Below, in pieces: positions 40,012 to 50,858 of a DNA stretch of 64,000 nucleotides. The stretch spans positions 15,534,150-15,598,149 of the forward strand of contig NC_134026.1 of NCBI RefSeq assembly GCF_964204645.1, written 5' to 3'. Numbering within the stretch: position 1 is the first letter of the stretch; every line of letters starts with the position of its first letter. The notes under the pieces were generated by a model. That model searched no databases. It worked only from the letters and a program-made list of their open reading frames with translations, and was not told the origin of the DNA. The DNA is from Tubulanus polymorphus (Eukaryota; Animalia; Nemertea). The translations under genes were made by a program, and so were the position numbers.

Positions 40012-41433
40012 ATGGAAGTAGAAGGTGGAGAAGATTATGAAATGGGAGAAATGGGAAATAATAATGATGGGTATATTGATGATGATTATAATGATGCTGA
40101 AACTAATATTGATAATGATAATGAAACAGCATATAATTCTAATTTAGCAGATAGTGGTTCTAAAGACCCATCAACAGATGAATTTGATAGAAGAACTAAA
40201 TCGAGAATAAATCCTGAAAATCCAGATTTAGTAAAACAAAATTTAGAATATAATGAATATATTTATAATTTTAAACCTATATTTGAAAGATCTGGGTATA
40301 ATATAAATGCCAGAGGCGCCAGACTTTTAGTAACAGAATTAAAATCTTTAGATGGTGAATATTATTATCATTTGAAAGATGATTATTATATTAATATCAC
40401 TTATAAGAATCAAAATAAAATATTAGCAGAATCAACTTTGAGTAATTTAGAATCATCTAGAATTAAAAGAATAAGTAATAGCAATGAAATATAAAATGTA
40501 ACACAAGAAGAAGTAAATCAAAATAAAAGAGTATTTAAACAAAGAATTGATAATTATTTGAAACAATCAATGATAATTTAGAAACAGAAACAACTTCTGA
40601 ACATATAACTTCCAAAACTAGTAAACTTAAATCAAATAAAGTTCCAATTGAAAAACTTTTACTAAATGGGTTACTTGACGCAACAGATCAAGAATTAGAT
40701 ATATTTTCTGATAAAGCAATTAGAGAAATTATTAGTATAAGACTTGCATCTGATAAAATTGCGCATGATAAAAGTATAAGAGATTTTAAAATTAGAAAAA
40801 GATAGAACTGATAAAATTAAGGAAATAGAACAATTGAAATTAGAAAGATAATAAAGTTATTGAAGAAATTGAATTTAAAAAAAGAAATGCATATTTAGAA
40901 AAAGAAAAAGATGATTTAGAATATAACATAGAATTTCAGAAAGAAGAAATTAAATTATTAAAAAAATCACATGATTATAATATTAATAGATTAAAAGTTA
41001 TTTTTAAAGATTTGTTGATAAAACCAAATTCTGAAATATCATTAAAAGATAGAATAAAATTATAATTTAAACTAGAAGGTATAACAATTCTTTCAATTCT
41101 AACAGCTGTAACTATGTTATTTACAATAATTGGTTTAGCTATTTCAATTTCATTAAAATCCACGCCTACACCCAATAAACTGGATAAACCACCAAATAAT
41201 AATTTATACAAGATAAAGTGAAAGATGGTTTAAAAAAATTAGCAAAATATTTATGGGAACTATCTAAAAAATCTGCCGCAGCTTCACCCGGAGTTATAGC
41301 GTCAATTGTTGGTTTTATATTGAAATCTGCAGGAAGTATTATTAACTTTGCTGCTGAACATATTATTTTATTTTTAATTACAATTGTTAGTGCTATTATT
41401 TTTGGGTTAGTGAATATGATAAAAAATAAATAA
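40012..41433 (+). pseudogene. Acidic N-terminus / coiled-coil / C-terminal membrane protein, disrupted
   Basis: ORF 40012-40494, broken coiled-coil middle, EGITILSILTAVTMLFTIIGLAISI, then ORF 41218-41433 (PGVIASIVGFIL…IILFLITIVSAIIFGL). Confidence 0.6.
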
Positions 41434-41453
41434 TCAATTTTTTTATTAAATAA

Positions 41454-42701
41454 ATGAGTGGGAGTTATATAAATCCTTCTAAGAATTCTAGAATATCTAA
41501 TGCTATTAAAGCAGAGAGATCTCATCATATAATTACTCATAATCCTTCTAATATTAATCCTGATGAAACATTATATGTTAGAATCCCGAGATTAAATCAA
41601 AATACTTTTTATGTTCCAAATAGTATTTATTTATCAGCTGATATAAAAGTAACTTGTCATGATGATAATTATGTTGTAGATAATGTTGGAAGATATTTGA
41701 TTAAAACATTAACTATAAAGATTAGACCAGAAACAGTTTTCTCATTAGATGATTATAATTTATTTATGCATTATAAAGATGTATGGTTAACAAAAGAAAA
41801 TAGAAATAATATGATATTTCAAGGCATCCAATCAGAAAATCAAAATAAATTAAGATCTGAAGCTAATAATGCAGTAGTAACTAATGCTGTAGATAATTTA
41901 ATCAAAAAGATTTATGGAAGCAAATACCAAATTCCGTTAGACTTTGAATTGATAAATAATAATGCACCTTTGTATAAATACGCAATTCAAGAAGATATTA
42001 TATTCGAAATAACATTTGCTCCTGTTAATGAAATTGTATTATCAAGCGTAGTTAAAGATATGGGTTATAAATTATCGAATATATGTTTAGAATATGATAC
42101 AGTATCTGATGAAAATATTGCTAACACAATTCAAACTCAATACAATCAAGGATTTTCATTATTATATGATTACATTGATAAATTTAAAACTGTAACTATT
42201 AATGCAAATGAAGAAATAATTAACGAGAATATTAACTTCCCAAGGAGATCTACTAAAGGCGAATTAATATTCTTTACCATTGCAACATTTCTAATGGCGC
42301 AATAAATGTTGATGATTATTATAATCCTGAAATATCAAAAGTAGAAATAACAATTGAAGGTATAGCAAATAAAATATTTTGTCAGAGAATGAGAATGATA
42401 GATCAGTGGCCAGAAATTAGAAAACATTTTATGAATGAAAGAAATAAATCATCTGAAAATTGTAATATTAATCAAATTGATTATTATACCGGCAATAAAT
42501 ATGGATTATGGTTAGATTTTAGAACAACAGAGGATAATTCATTACGTGGTTCTGGGAAAAAGCTGCAGAATACTAAAGATGGGATACAATTATTCATGAA
42601 AAAGAAGAAAGGAATCAAAAAATTTCAAAATGCACATTTATATTATATCTGACGCGCAATTAAATATTATAAATTCTCAATTAGATAGTATTCAATATTA
42701 G
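41454..42701 (+). pseudogene. Major capsid protein (double jelly-roll), two frameshifts
   Basis: KAERSHHIITHNPSNINPDETLYVRIPRL, VDNVGRYLIK, YKLSNICLEYD, NINFPRRS, KYGLWLDFRT, GSGKKLQNTKDGIQL, HIYIISDAQLNI; ~415 codons. Size and position next to the integrase fit an MCP; family recognised from memory. Confidence 0.75.
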
Positions 42702-42731
42702 AAATATTAAGTTAAAATTAACGATATATAA

Positions 42732-43794
42732 ATGGGTGTTAAAAAAACTCCTAATACTAAAGAACAATAATTAAGAAATTTATATTACAACCCTGGGAGT
42801 TCGGTTGCTTATTCTTCTACCAAAAATATATGGCGTCAAGTAAAACAAGATAAATTAGATAAGATAATCCCACAAAATTTAGTTAAATATAATGATATAA
42901 ATGATTTTATGTTAGAACAGCCAACATATACAACACATAAAAAAATTGTTAGAAAATATAAAACTCGTAAAACTATGGTAAGTTATGTAGATCAACAGTG
43001 GCAAGGAGATTTAATTGATATGAAAAATGTTAAGAAAGATAATGATGATTATTGGTGGATATTAAATATGATTGATATTTTTAGTCGTTATGTATGGAGC
43101 TTCCCACTTTATAGAAAAGATGATGTACAAACATCAAATGTTTTAAGAAAATTTCTTTCGGATGATAAACTAAAACCAGAAAAAATACAATTTGATGATG
43201 GAAAAGAGTTTGATAATTCACTTGTTCATGAACTCTTAGATAATCATAATATTAAATATTTTTCAACAAAATCGGATAAAAAAGCAGCAGTTGTTGAACG
43301 ATTTAATAGAACATTAAGAACAAGAATGTGGAAATATTTTACAGCAAATAATACTTTTAAATGGATTGATGTTTTACCAAAATTGATAGAAGGATATAAT
43401 AATTTTTATCATTCTTCTAATTTATATGGAGCATTTCTTGTAGATGATTTTGGTGAACCTAAATTTAAAGTTGGTCAAAATGTTAGAATTTCTAAGTATA
43501 AAAAGATATTTGACAAAGGATACGATCGATTTTACTAGGGAAATATATAAAAGGTTATAACAACAAAACCATATGTCTATAAATTAGAAGATTTAAATGG
43601 TGAAGATTATTGATGGGTATTTTTATGAAGAAGAATTGAGTTTAACTACTGAAAACCTAGAACAAGAATATAAAATTGAAAAAGTATTAAAAACAAAAAC
43701 TATTAAAAGAAAAAAATATTCTTTAGTAAAATGGGTTGGATGGCCAGATAAATTTAATGAATGGATATTATCAAGTAAAATTAAAAATATATAA
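42732..43794 (+). pseudogene. Retroviral-like (rve) DDE integrase with C-terminal chromodomain
   Basis: LYYNPGS, QWQGDLIDM, IDIFSRY, IQFDDGKEF, KAAVVERFNRTL, PKFKVGQNVRIS, chromodomain YKIEKVL..LVKWVGWPDKFNEWI; stop at 42768-42770 and frameshift near 43535. Confidence 0.93.
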
Positions 43795-44049
43795 ATGAAT
43801 AAGGAATTATTTATATTTGAACCTCATAATGTGTTAATTTCTGGTGTAACAAATTGTGGAAAAACTTATTTTATATCAAATTTATTAGAAACTATTTATA
43901 AAAACTATTTTGATAATATAGTATTATTTTGTCCAACATATGAATTAAATCAAACTTATGATATAATATTACTAGAAATAATAAATTTATTATATTAGAT
44001 CCTAAAACAGTTAAAGAAAATTTAGATGATTGTATTAAAATAGCAATTG

Positions 44050-44127
<78 letters not shown>

Positions 44128-44476
44128 GTATAAAAGATCTAATACATTATTTATCATAGATTATTGTGTTAATCTACATGATTCAAAAGTTAGAGAAAGT
44201 GAGTTATGCTATTTAGCTTTTTCTGGGAGACATTTTGGGATAACAACATGGGTTTTAAATCAAAAATATAATTCAATTGTTAAAGATTTTAGAGAAATTA
44301 TTAGATTTTTAGTTTTATTCTACAATAAAGATAGGAAATCGATGAAAAATGCACTTGAGGAAAATGATATTATTCCGCATGATTTACATAATGAATATAT
44401 GGATAAATTGAAAAATAATAAAAGATCAAATTTACTATTTCGATTACAACACCCATTTAAATATGAATTCATTTAA
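43795..44476 (+). pseudogene. A32/FtsK-like DNA packaging ATPase, frameshifted and interrupted by a microsatellite
   Basis: Walker A ISGVTNCGKT, degenerate Walker B LFIIDY, GRHFGIT..LNQKY motif. Confidence 0.88.
44050..44131. repeat. (AT)n/(ATGT)n microsatellite inside the ATPase gene
   Basis: Direct reading of the sequence. Confidence 0.95.
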
Positions 44477-44695
44477 ACTCAACTAGCTTGTTAATCTAGT
44501 ATATTTTTAGTTACATTCTAGTTGAAATCTCGTTATTGGTAGTTGAAACAAAAATCAAATAAAATTCAACAAAAAATAAATAAAAATAACAATATTTCAA
44601 CTAGCTTGTTAATCTATTATGTGTTTAGTTACATTCTAGTTGAATTCTAGTTGAATTCTAGTTGCAACAACACAACTAATTTGTTTGTTATATAA

Positions 44696-45265
44696 ATGGG
44701 AGGTGAAAAGAAAATAAAATCTAAAAATAGTGATGTTCCAATTGAAAAAACTTTAGATGATTTAGGAATATTAGAAACAAAATTAACTCCAGATGATGGT
44801 TCTTTAAATGATATTACCACAAATAATAATTATGAATATTTTCTTTATTGCAAAAATCAATTAGAAATATTAATAGCATCTGGGAAATGTAAAAATTTTA
44901 TCGGTAAAAATTTAACTTATAATGAATTAGATACAATGAAATCAGATGAAATTGTTAGATTATTTAAGATTTAATTTTAGAACCGCGAGAACAGCTAGAA
45001 TTAATTATGTAAATATATGCTACCAATTCAAGATAAAAATAAATTATATTCCGATTTAAAAAATGATTATTTAGTTATGGCTGAATTAAATAAATGGATT
45101 GGATATTTATCATTTCAATTAGGCGGATTTATGACATTATTATCAACTGGAGTTATAACATTTTCAAATATTGGAAGTAAAAATTTTTCTATAATAAATG
45201 AGCGAAGTGCGAGAGGTGAAGGAATTAGCTGTGAAGAAAAAACCGAGAACTCCGAACCAAGTTGA
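44696..45265 (+). pseudogene. Unknown Polinton protein, disrupted
   Basis: ORFs 44696-44974 and 45017-45265 after a TAAATG start; hydrophobic C-terminal segment. Confidence 0.55.
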
Positions 45266-45553
45266 ATGGTCTCGGCAATTAGGAATTAAATCACAAGAAT
45301 ATAAAAAAGCTGTAAAAGAAAAAATAAATAATGAAAACGTTAATAAAAATGGTGAAAATATTGTTATTTCTACTTCTTCTAATAATAGAATATTTAATAT
45401 CTATATTTTACAACTGGATTTGTAATTGTATTCATTTTGATTGGGTGTAGTTGGTATAAGAAATCAAATAAAATTTATGATATTAATAATTCTGAAACTA
45501 CTGCTATTAAAAATGAAAATACTTCTGAAATTCCAAAATTCACAATGAAATAA
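45198..45553 (+). pseudogene. Small Polinton protein with a TM segment, frameshifted
   Basis: TAAATG start; the homologous copy at 63030-63300 retains the TM frame (CLYFTVGFVIVFILIGCNWYKK). Confidence 0.55.
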
Positions 45554-45592
45554 AATGGATTAATATTTCAGAAAAAAAGCAAAAAAAAAAAA

Positions 45593-47250
45593 TTTTTAGC
45601 GAACCTATGGTTCGCTTCTTATGCCAACGGTCTAGTTGGCCTTGTGCCAATATTGCTAGAAAGTGATGTTAATAAGCCACATTTTGAAACGGTGATAGAC
45701 CCGGTCGTATTTCTTGTTGCAGATGATTCAAATAGCCACTGTATTTTCGAATAAACACTCGCTATTGTGCGAATTTCGTTGCGATGTGATCGATCTACGC
45801 TGTAAAATTTTAGATAATTAGAAAATTTCCTTAGCTTTTATATAGTTTGACATGACCTGGAATAACCTAAGTCATGAATAATAATTAGCAGATGCGCATG
45901 CGCTTAACACTGCGTAGAATGACAGGTGGATCCTCGCTAAAATAGATCCATTTTGTAAAATATCAAGCTGTGTATTGTCGATTACTGTTAAGAAAACAAA
46001 TGGCGGAAAAGCACGTTACATTTTTATACTTTGGTCACTGATCGACACTAGAAATAAGAGTACCGTCGACGTCAAGATACTCGAAGAAACCGTAGCGTAT
46101 TAACTTCCACCAGTCGTCGGGTATGGTACATGTACGAGGGAGGGAGGTAAGTCTTCAGTTTCTCCTGATGAATTAACGAATCACAATGTATATCCAATAA
46201 AAAGACCTTCATTTTTTCATGACTGGACCTCGTTTGTAAAAAAAATGCCTGCTGAATCGGAATACAAACTTCTTTCAGCTATATCGTTTGCCCCTATAGG
46301 TTATTAGGAGAAAAAAAAAAAACTTCCACCCCTCCACTTTTTACTCAATGGATTTGCTGGCCTTGCGATTGCGCAATACCGATTAATGATGGCAGCACCA
46401 GCTTGCCAATTGAAAGCTCTCCACATTTTCGGCTGTCCCTGAAGCTATTTTAATAGCGAATGTGCGATTACTGAATTATTTCCGAAAAAAGTTATAACAA
46501 CATAATTAAAGACCTGATTTAGCGATATGAACGGTGGGTTTGAATTGCTTTGTCTTCTTATCTGTCGCTACAATGCGTGTTTGTGCATGAAAACAGTTTC
46601 TTCAATGATTTTGATAGAACATTGCACAGGCTTTTAAAACATTTCTTGAGGGTGGCCAGGCTGAAATTTCGAGATGATACGAACGAACTTAATATTCAGC
46701 GTAATTTAGCAACTCGCGATATTTGGTCATTAATTAGTTTGCTGGGGCAATGGAATACAGAAGCATCAGTAAAACATATATTGTCCTCTTGTTTAGGTAA
46801 TGATCTGGCGAGTAGCAGTCATTAAACTTATAACGAAAATTACGACGTTCACGGGAAACCATAACCTAGATACACGTACGACGGAACATCTGAACTATTC
46901 AAGATTCCAGTTATTGTAAAAAAATTAGCTTTTTATTTTGCAAAAAAATAAAACATTTTATTTTATATGAAGTGTTACCTCTCTATCTCACAGTTCTTTG
47001 TCAACTAAGTTTTGATTATTACCCCCCCCCCCCTCCGCCCCAATTTCAAATGCAAAGTTCAATGTTACCCAGGATTGACTGGTAAGATTAACAATGCCAG
47101 ACTTAATCTCTCGATGAGATCTTCCTGACCAATTACTTATTGGGACCAGGTCAGCAGCCACTTCTTTGAAAGCATATTTCGCCTTCTTCCTTTTACTTCT
47201 CAAATTATCATATCGGTGAGCTTCTGGGCCATTGGTCCTTTATTTTTGAT
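45593..47250 (+). mobile_element. ~1.66-kb secondary insertion in the Polinton, Helentron/HINE-like
   Basis: Absent from the second copy, which is continuous at ~63340. 5' T-run plus palindrome AGCGAACCtatGGTTCGCT; 3' GGTGAGCT, short stem-loop GGGCCATTGGTCC and T-run; higher GC than the virus. Confidence 0.7.
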
Positions 47251-47358
47251 TAATTGAATATCTCACTACTTTTGACTATCTACGCGGAGCAATTAAATTG
47301 TCCACATAAGTCATTTCGGATTCTAGATATACATTATTTTTATTATTTTATTTTTTAT

Positions 47359-47685
47359 TTAATCAAAAATTTCTAAATCATGATGACCGTCTTCATTTTT
47401 TGCATGATAGATTATTTTAAATCCTTCTAAATCTTTTAATTCCTCTATACTCAATGAAACCCATTTATCAGGTAAAAATACTTTAAATTCTCGCGTTGTA
47501 CTAACACTACAGTAACTTAAATTCGCTGATACTTTCTCTCTATATTTAGTTTTTATCTTTTCGAATTTCAATATTTTATGTTCAATTTCTTTTGTAACAT
47601 CGACTAACTTTTTTATTTCAAATTGTTTTTTTGCTGGTTTTTTTCTGTTATTTATTGTTGCTAAGAATGCTTTTCTATCTCCCAT
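47359..47685 (-). CDS. Hypothetical Lys-rich Polinton protein (108 aa) starting within the right TIR
   Basis: Intact ORF; its ATG is the TIR-mirrored equivalent of the polB ATG. Confidence 0.65.
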   Translation of the reverse strand: MGDRKAFLATINNRKKPAKKQFEIKKLVDVTKEIEHKILKFEKIKTKYREKVSANLSYCSVSTTREFKVFLPDKWVSLSIEELKDLEGFKIIYHAKNEDGHHDLEIFD

Positions 47686-47770
47686 TTATTAGGGGAAAAA
47701 ATTATTTGTGGTGATGAGAGGTGTCTCGCCCTCTCGCCCTCTGGGCTGAAAGCCACAATTTCTAATTACT
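47678..47770 (-). repeat. Polinton right TIR
   Basis: Reverse complement of 29997-30089, followed by GACATA. Confidence 0.95.
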
Positions 47771-49079
47771 GACATAAGTTTACACATTTTCTGGGATTTT
47801 CACATGGTTGTCATCGTTCTCACGAAAAGGTCATTCCATGAAAAATTACCGAGGACTTTAGGGGGTGCACGTGCCCCCTGTGCACCCTCTGGATCCGCCG
47901 CTGATTAGATTGCCAAGTAGTGAGTGCCACCATTCAGTACCTAAGCAAATGTAATCGCTTGTTCATTTACGAGACTGAGATCAATGGTTCCCTGTCTTGA
48001 CTGTCCCAAATGATATGTTTTTTAAATGTGACTATATAAAAAATATCAGTCTATTATTTGAAGAAATATCCCTTCGTATGATTTGTAAACATTATTAAGA
48101 TAGGTTTGCTATACCTGTATTTTCGAATAAAGCTATTCATATCAAAGAATGCTACACAAAGAATGCTACGTATATGTGAGCGAAGATATGATACCATAAT
48201 CCAGTTCCTGAGACAGTATACTCATCCCTGGGGGAATGAACAATAACTCTTTCTCACACTCTGATAAGCCAATAGGCGATCTTCATAAAGTCACGGGTAA
48301 TGTGAAATAAAGAAAAAAAAACTATCGAATATTGGTACATGAATCAATTGAAGAAATTACGACGAGTAAGAGAAAAGGAACGTTTTTTAACGTTCGTTTT
48401 CTTTTCACTATTGCAATGGCTTTGCACCACAATAAAATGCCATCCGCAGAGTTTTGCTAAGCTGTTGTTAAGACAGCTGAGAGAAATTCAATTTCAACCA
48501 CGCATTATCATCTAGTGTTCATCATATTTAGCTAGTGTTCATCATCTTGAACTAGTGTTCCTTTAAGTCTTCCGACCAAAGCTTTGTCCTAAGTCCATAA
48601 CCTCGATTAATGAGCCGCGTTCATGCAATTCTCAAAATAAGCTAAAAATGTGTAATTAGCTAAATTAGTCTTCTCACTGCGGATGGTTACATTTCATTTC
48701 ATTTTTATTGTTCCACAAAAACATGTTTTGCACAGAACATTCATACATTCAATCTTAACAGTAGATGGCATTTTACAGCGAAGCACATCGTTGATAAACA
48801 TATATACATACACACAATACACACACACACACACACACACATGTACGATGGGTAAATATTACGGGACCTCGTTTACGCACCCCCAATTAATTTACAGAAG
48901 TTACTTAGTTTTACCGCCATTTTGTGCGTATGGTAAACTTCCCCGAGGTTTTCTATTCTTGGTACCCCCAATAGTAACGCGAGAAAAGGCGCGCTCTTTC
49001 GTTAGCATATACAGGGCATTCTAAAATAGCATGCCTTTCATCCCCCAGGGTTTGGGCGTTACACTTCGTAACTGTCATC

Positions 49080-49870
49080 TCGTGCAAGACGATGGCTGAA
49101 TGAACTCCATTGTCGAATAATCAACTACAATATCGCAATACACAGCGCTGGTTGCCAAACATGTTATCAATACACCCCACATTATTGTTGTGGCGTTTCT
49201 ACGGATTTTGATGGTATACGGTCCAAATAAATCGCATGCTGAATGTAGAAACGGTGCACTTTGGCGTAACGCGAATACTAGGTCGATCAGCCATATATTG
49301 TTGTTCAACGTTTGCTTTCAATGTTTGACAGAAAAAACACTTAAAAACGACTGACTTACGATACCATTCATTCCAATGATCCAATTTTCTTTTCTTGTTT
49401 TCGCGCTTGTCGCAGCAACGCCCGAATGACCAAATTGATGTTTATATTGAACCACCAATTTTGATCGAGAGCTATTCTTGGTCAACAATGTAGGGTGTTT
49501 TTGGTCATAGCTTACATCGGAATGTCTTAATGTGCCCCCGACACGAATTATGCCTCTTCATCCATGAATGGAGATAATTGAAGATATCCTGACTTAAAAT
49601 CACAACTCCCCAGATCTGCTTGAGCTCAATACACCAATTTCAATTTGGCTTTCTTATTTCGTTCGCCGTGAGAAAATCGTCGATTGTATTGTTTCTTTTC
49701 TACACTTCATACGTAAAATATTTATGTAACGCATTACAGTCGTAACAACACGAATTAATTTAACGTACCTATCCTTTCTGACAGGGTAATTAAATGATTG
49801 TCTCGGGCGATTATTATACGTGTATTACTGGCCGCTGCCAACGATACGTCTTGGGTTATGCGGTCGACTC
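49080..49870 (-). pseudogene. BEL/Pao LTR retrotransposon pol (integrase region) remnant
   Basis: YDQKHPTLL, HQFGHSGVAATSAKTR..WII, QYMADRP, PFLHSACDLFGPYTIK, WGVLITCLATSAVYCDIVVDYSTMEFIQ; frameshifted. Confidence 0.8.
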
Positions 49871-50457
49871 TGGTGACTTTTTTATTCTGGTCGCAGTCGT
49901 GGTTGGCCTCCCCAATAAACCATTTTACAGTTGCTAGCCGCCATTTTGTTAGGGAACTTTCATTCTGTATTGTTGGGTCATTTTTTCTATTTTTTAAAAA
50001 CTATTTGTGATGCGTGTTTTATCCTATCTCATCTGTCCCTGGATGGATTTTGACAGTTTTTGCAACATTTAAACCGTGTGAATCTCTAGTTTTCATTTAT
50101 GCAAAGATCATTTCTCAAATTTGCAACAATGCGACATGAGAGCGATATGAAAATTGGTGGTCATTTTTTGCCGCCCGCATAAAAATCCAGGGTACTGAAC
50201 TCCAGGGTACTTCATTATTTTCAGAAACAATTTTCTAAAAAATCCAAACATTTCAAGAACTGTGCGTATAAACGCCCCGTTTCGAGTGAACTTAAAATTT
50301 TAAGATATCTTGCCTATTTTTTTATCGTATGACTCTTTAACTGCAGCGCGTGTGTTGTTATTCATAGTTTCGGCGCTGTTTTCTATGCGTGTATGACAGT
50401 ACATGGGTGTTATTTTTACTTGTTTCCACGGAAAATGGCCTCACGCAATTTTATGGT

Positions 50458-50463
50458 CTACAA

Positions 50464-50496
<33 letters not shown>

Positions 50497-50525
50497 ACAA
50501 CGACAACCAACAACGACAACAACAA
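50458..50525. repeat. (ACA)n/(ACGACA)n microsatellite
   Basis: Direct reading of the sequence. Confidence 0.9.
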
Positions 50526-50817
50526 CTTGGAATCTGGTTTTTTTTCAAAAACAAGCCAAACCAAAACGCCAAATTGTGTACAGTTAGTATTACATTGGAG
50601 AAATCCCCTTCACGCGATTAATTGGTGGCCAAATATGATCTACCGTGGACTCTGCATCTGGCGCCAAACGAATTTTTGTATCCAGAACACCATTCGATAT
50701 CAAAGGGAACACATTTGTTTTGGTAGTTCCTAAGACTAAGTGTTGTTTTCGAAATTTACCAACTATGCCAATTCTAATAATCACTCATTAATCAACACTA
50801 ATTAATAAACACTCATT

Positions 50818-50858
50818 CACCTGATGAAGCTTCTATACGTTAGTAGCGAAAGCTCGTG
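50818..50858 (+). ncRNA. Minimal type I hammerhead ribozyme of the Penelope-like element kind
   Basis: CAC-CTGATGA-A-GCTTCTA(TACGT)TAGTAGC-GAAA-GCTC-GTG: CUGAUGA and GAAA cores, stem II GCTtCTA/TAGtAGC, short palindromic stem III, stem I CAC/GTG. Confidence 0.65.

Larger units (their letters stand above)
29997..47770 (+). mobile_element. Full-length Polinton/Maverick (adintovirus-like endogenous virus), 17,774 bp, degenerating
   Basis: TIRs beginning AGTAATTAG, perfect 6-bp TSD GACATA (29991-29996, 47771-47776), intronless very AT-rich gene array with pPolB, capsids, integrase and ATPase. Confidence 0.96.
29825..47903. mobile_element. ~300-bp MITE split by the Polinton insertion (arms 29825-29996 and 47777-47903)
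   Basis: Termini CAGCGGCGG-TCCAG and CTGGATCCGCCGCTG, flanked by a 5-bp direct repeat ATTAG (29820-29824, 47904-47908). Confidence 0.75.

Noticed and set aside
30082-44476. Alternative genetic code or programmed frameshifting to explain the fragmented Polinton ORFs
   Set aside because: Interruptions include TAA, TAG, TGA and indels at scattered sites, consistent with decay or sequencing error rather than recoding.
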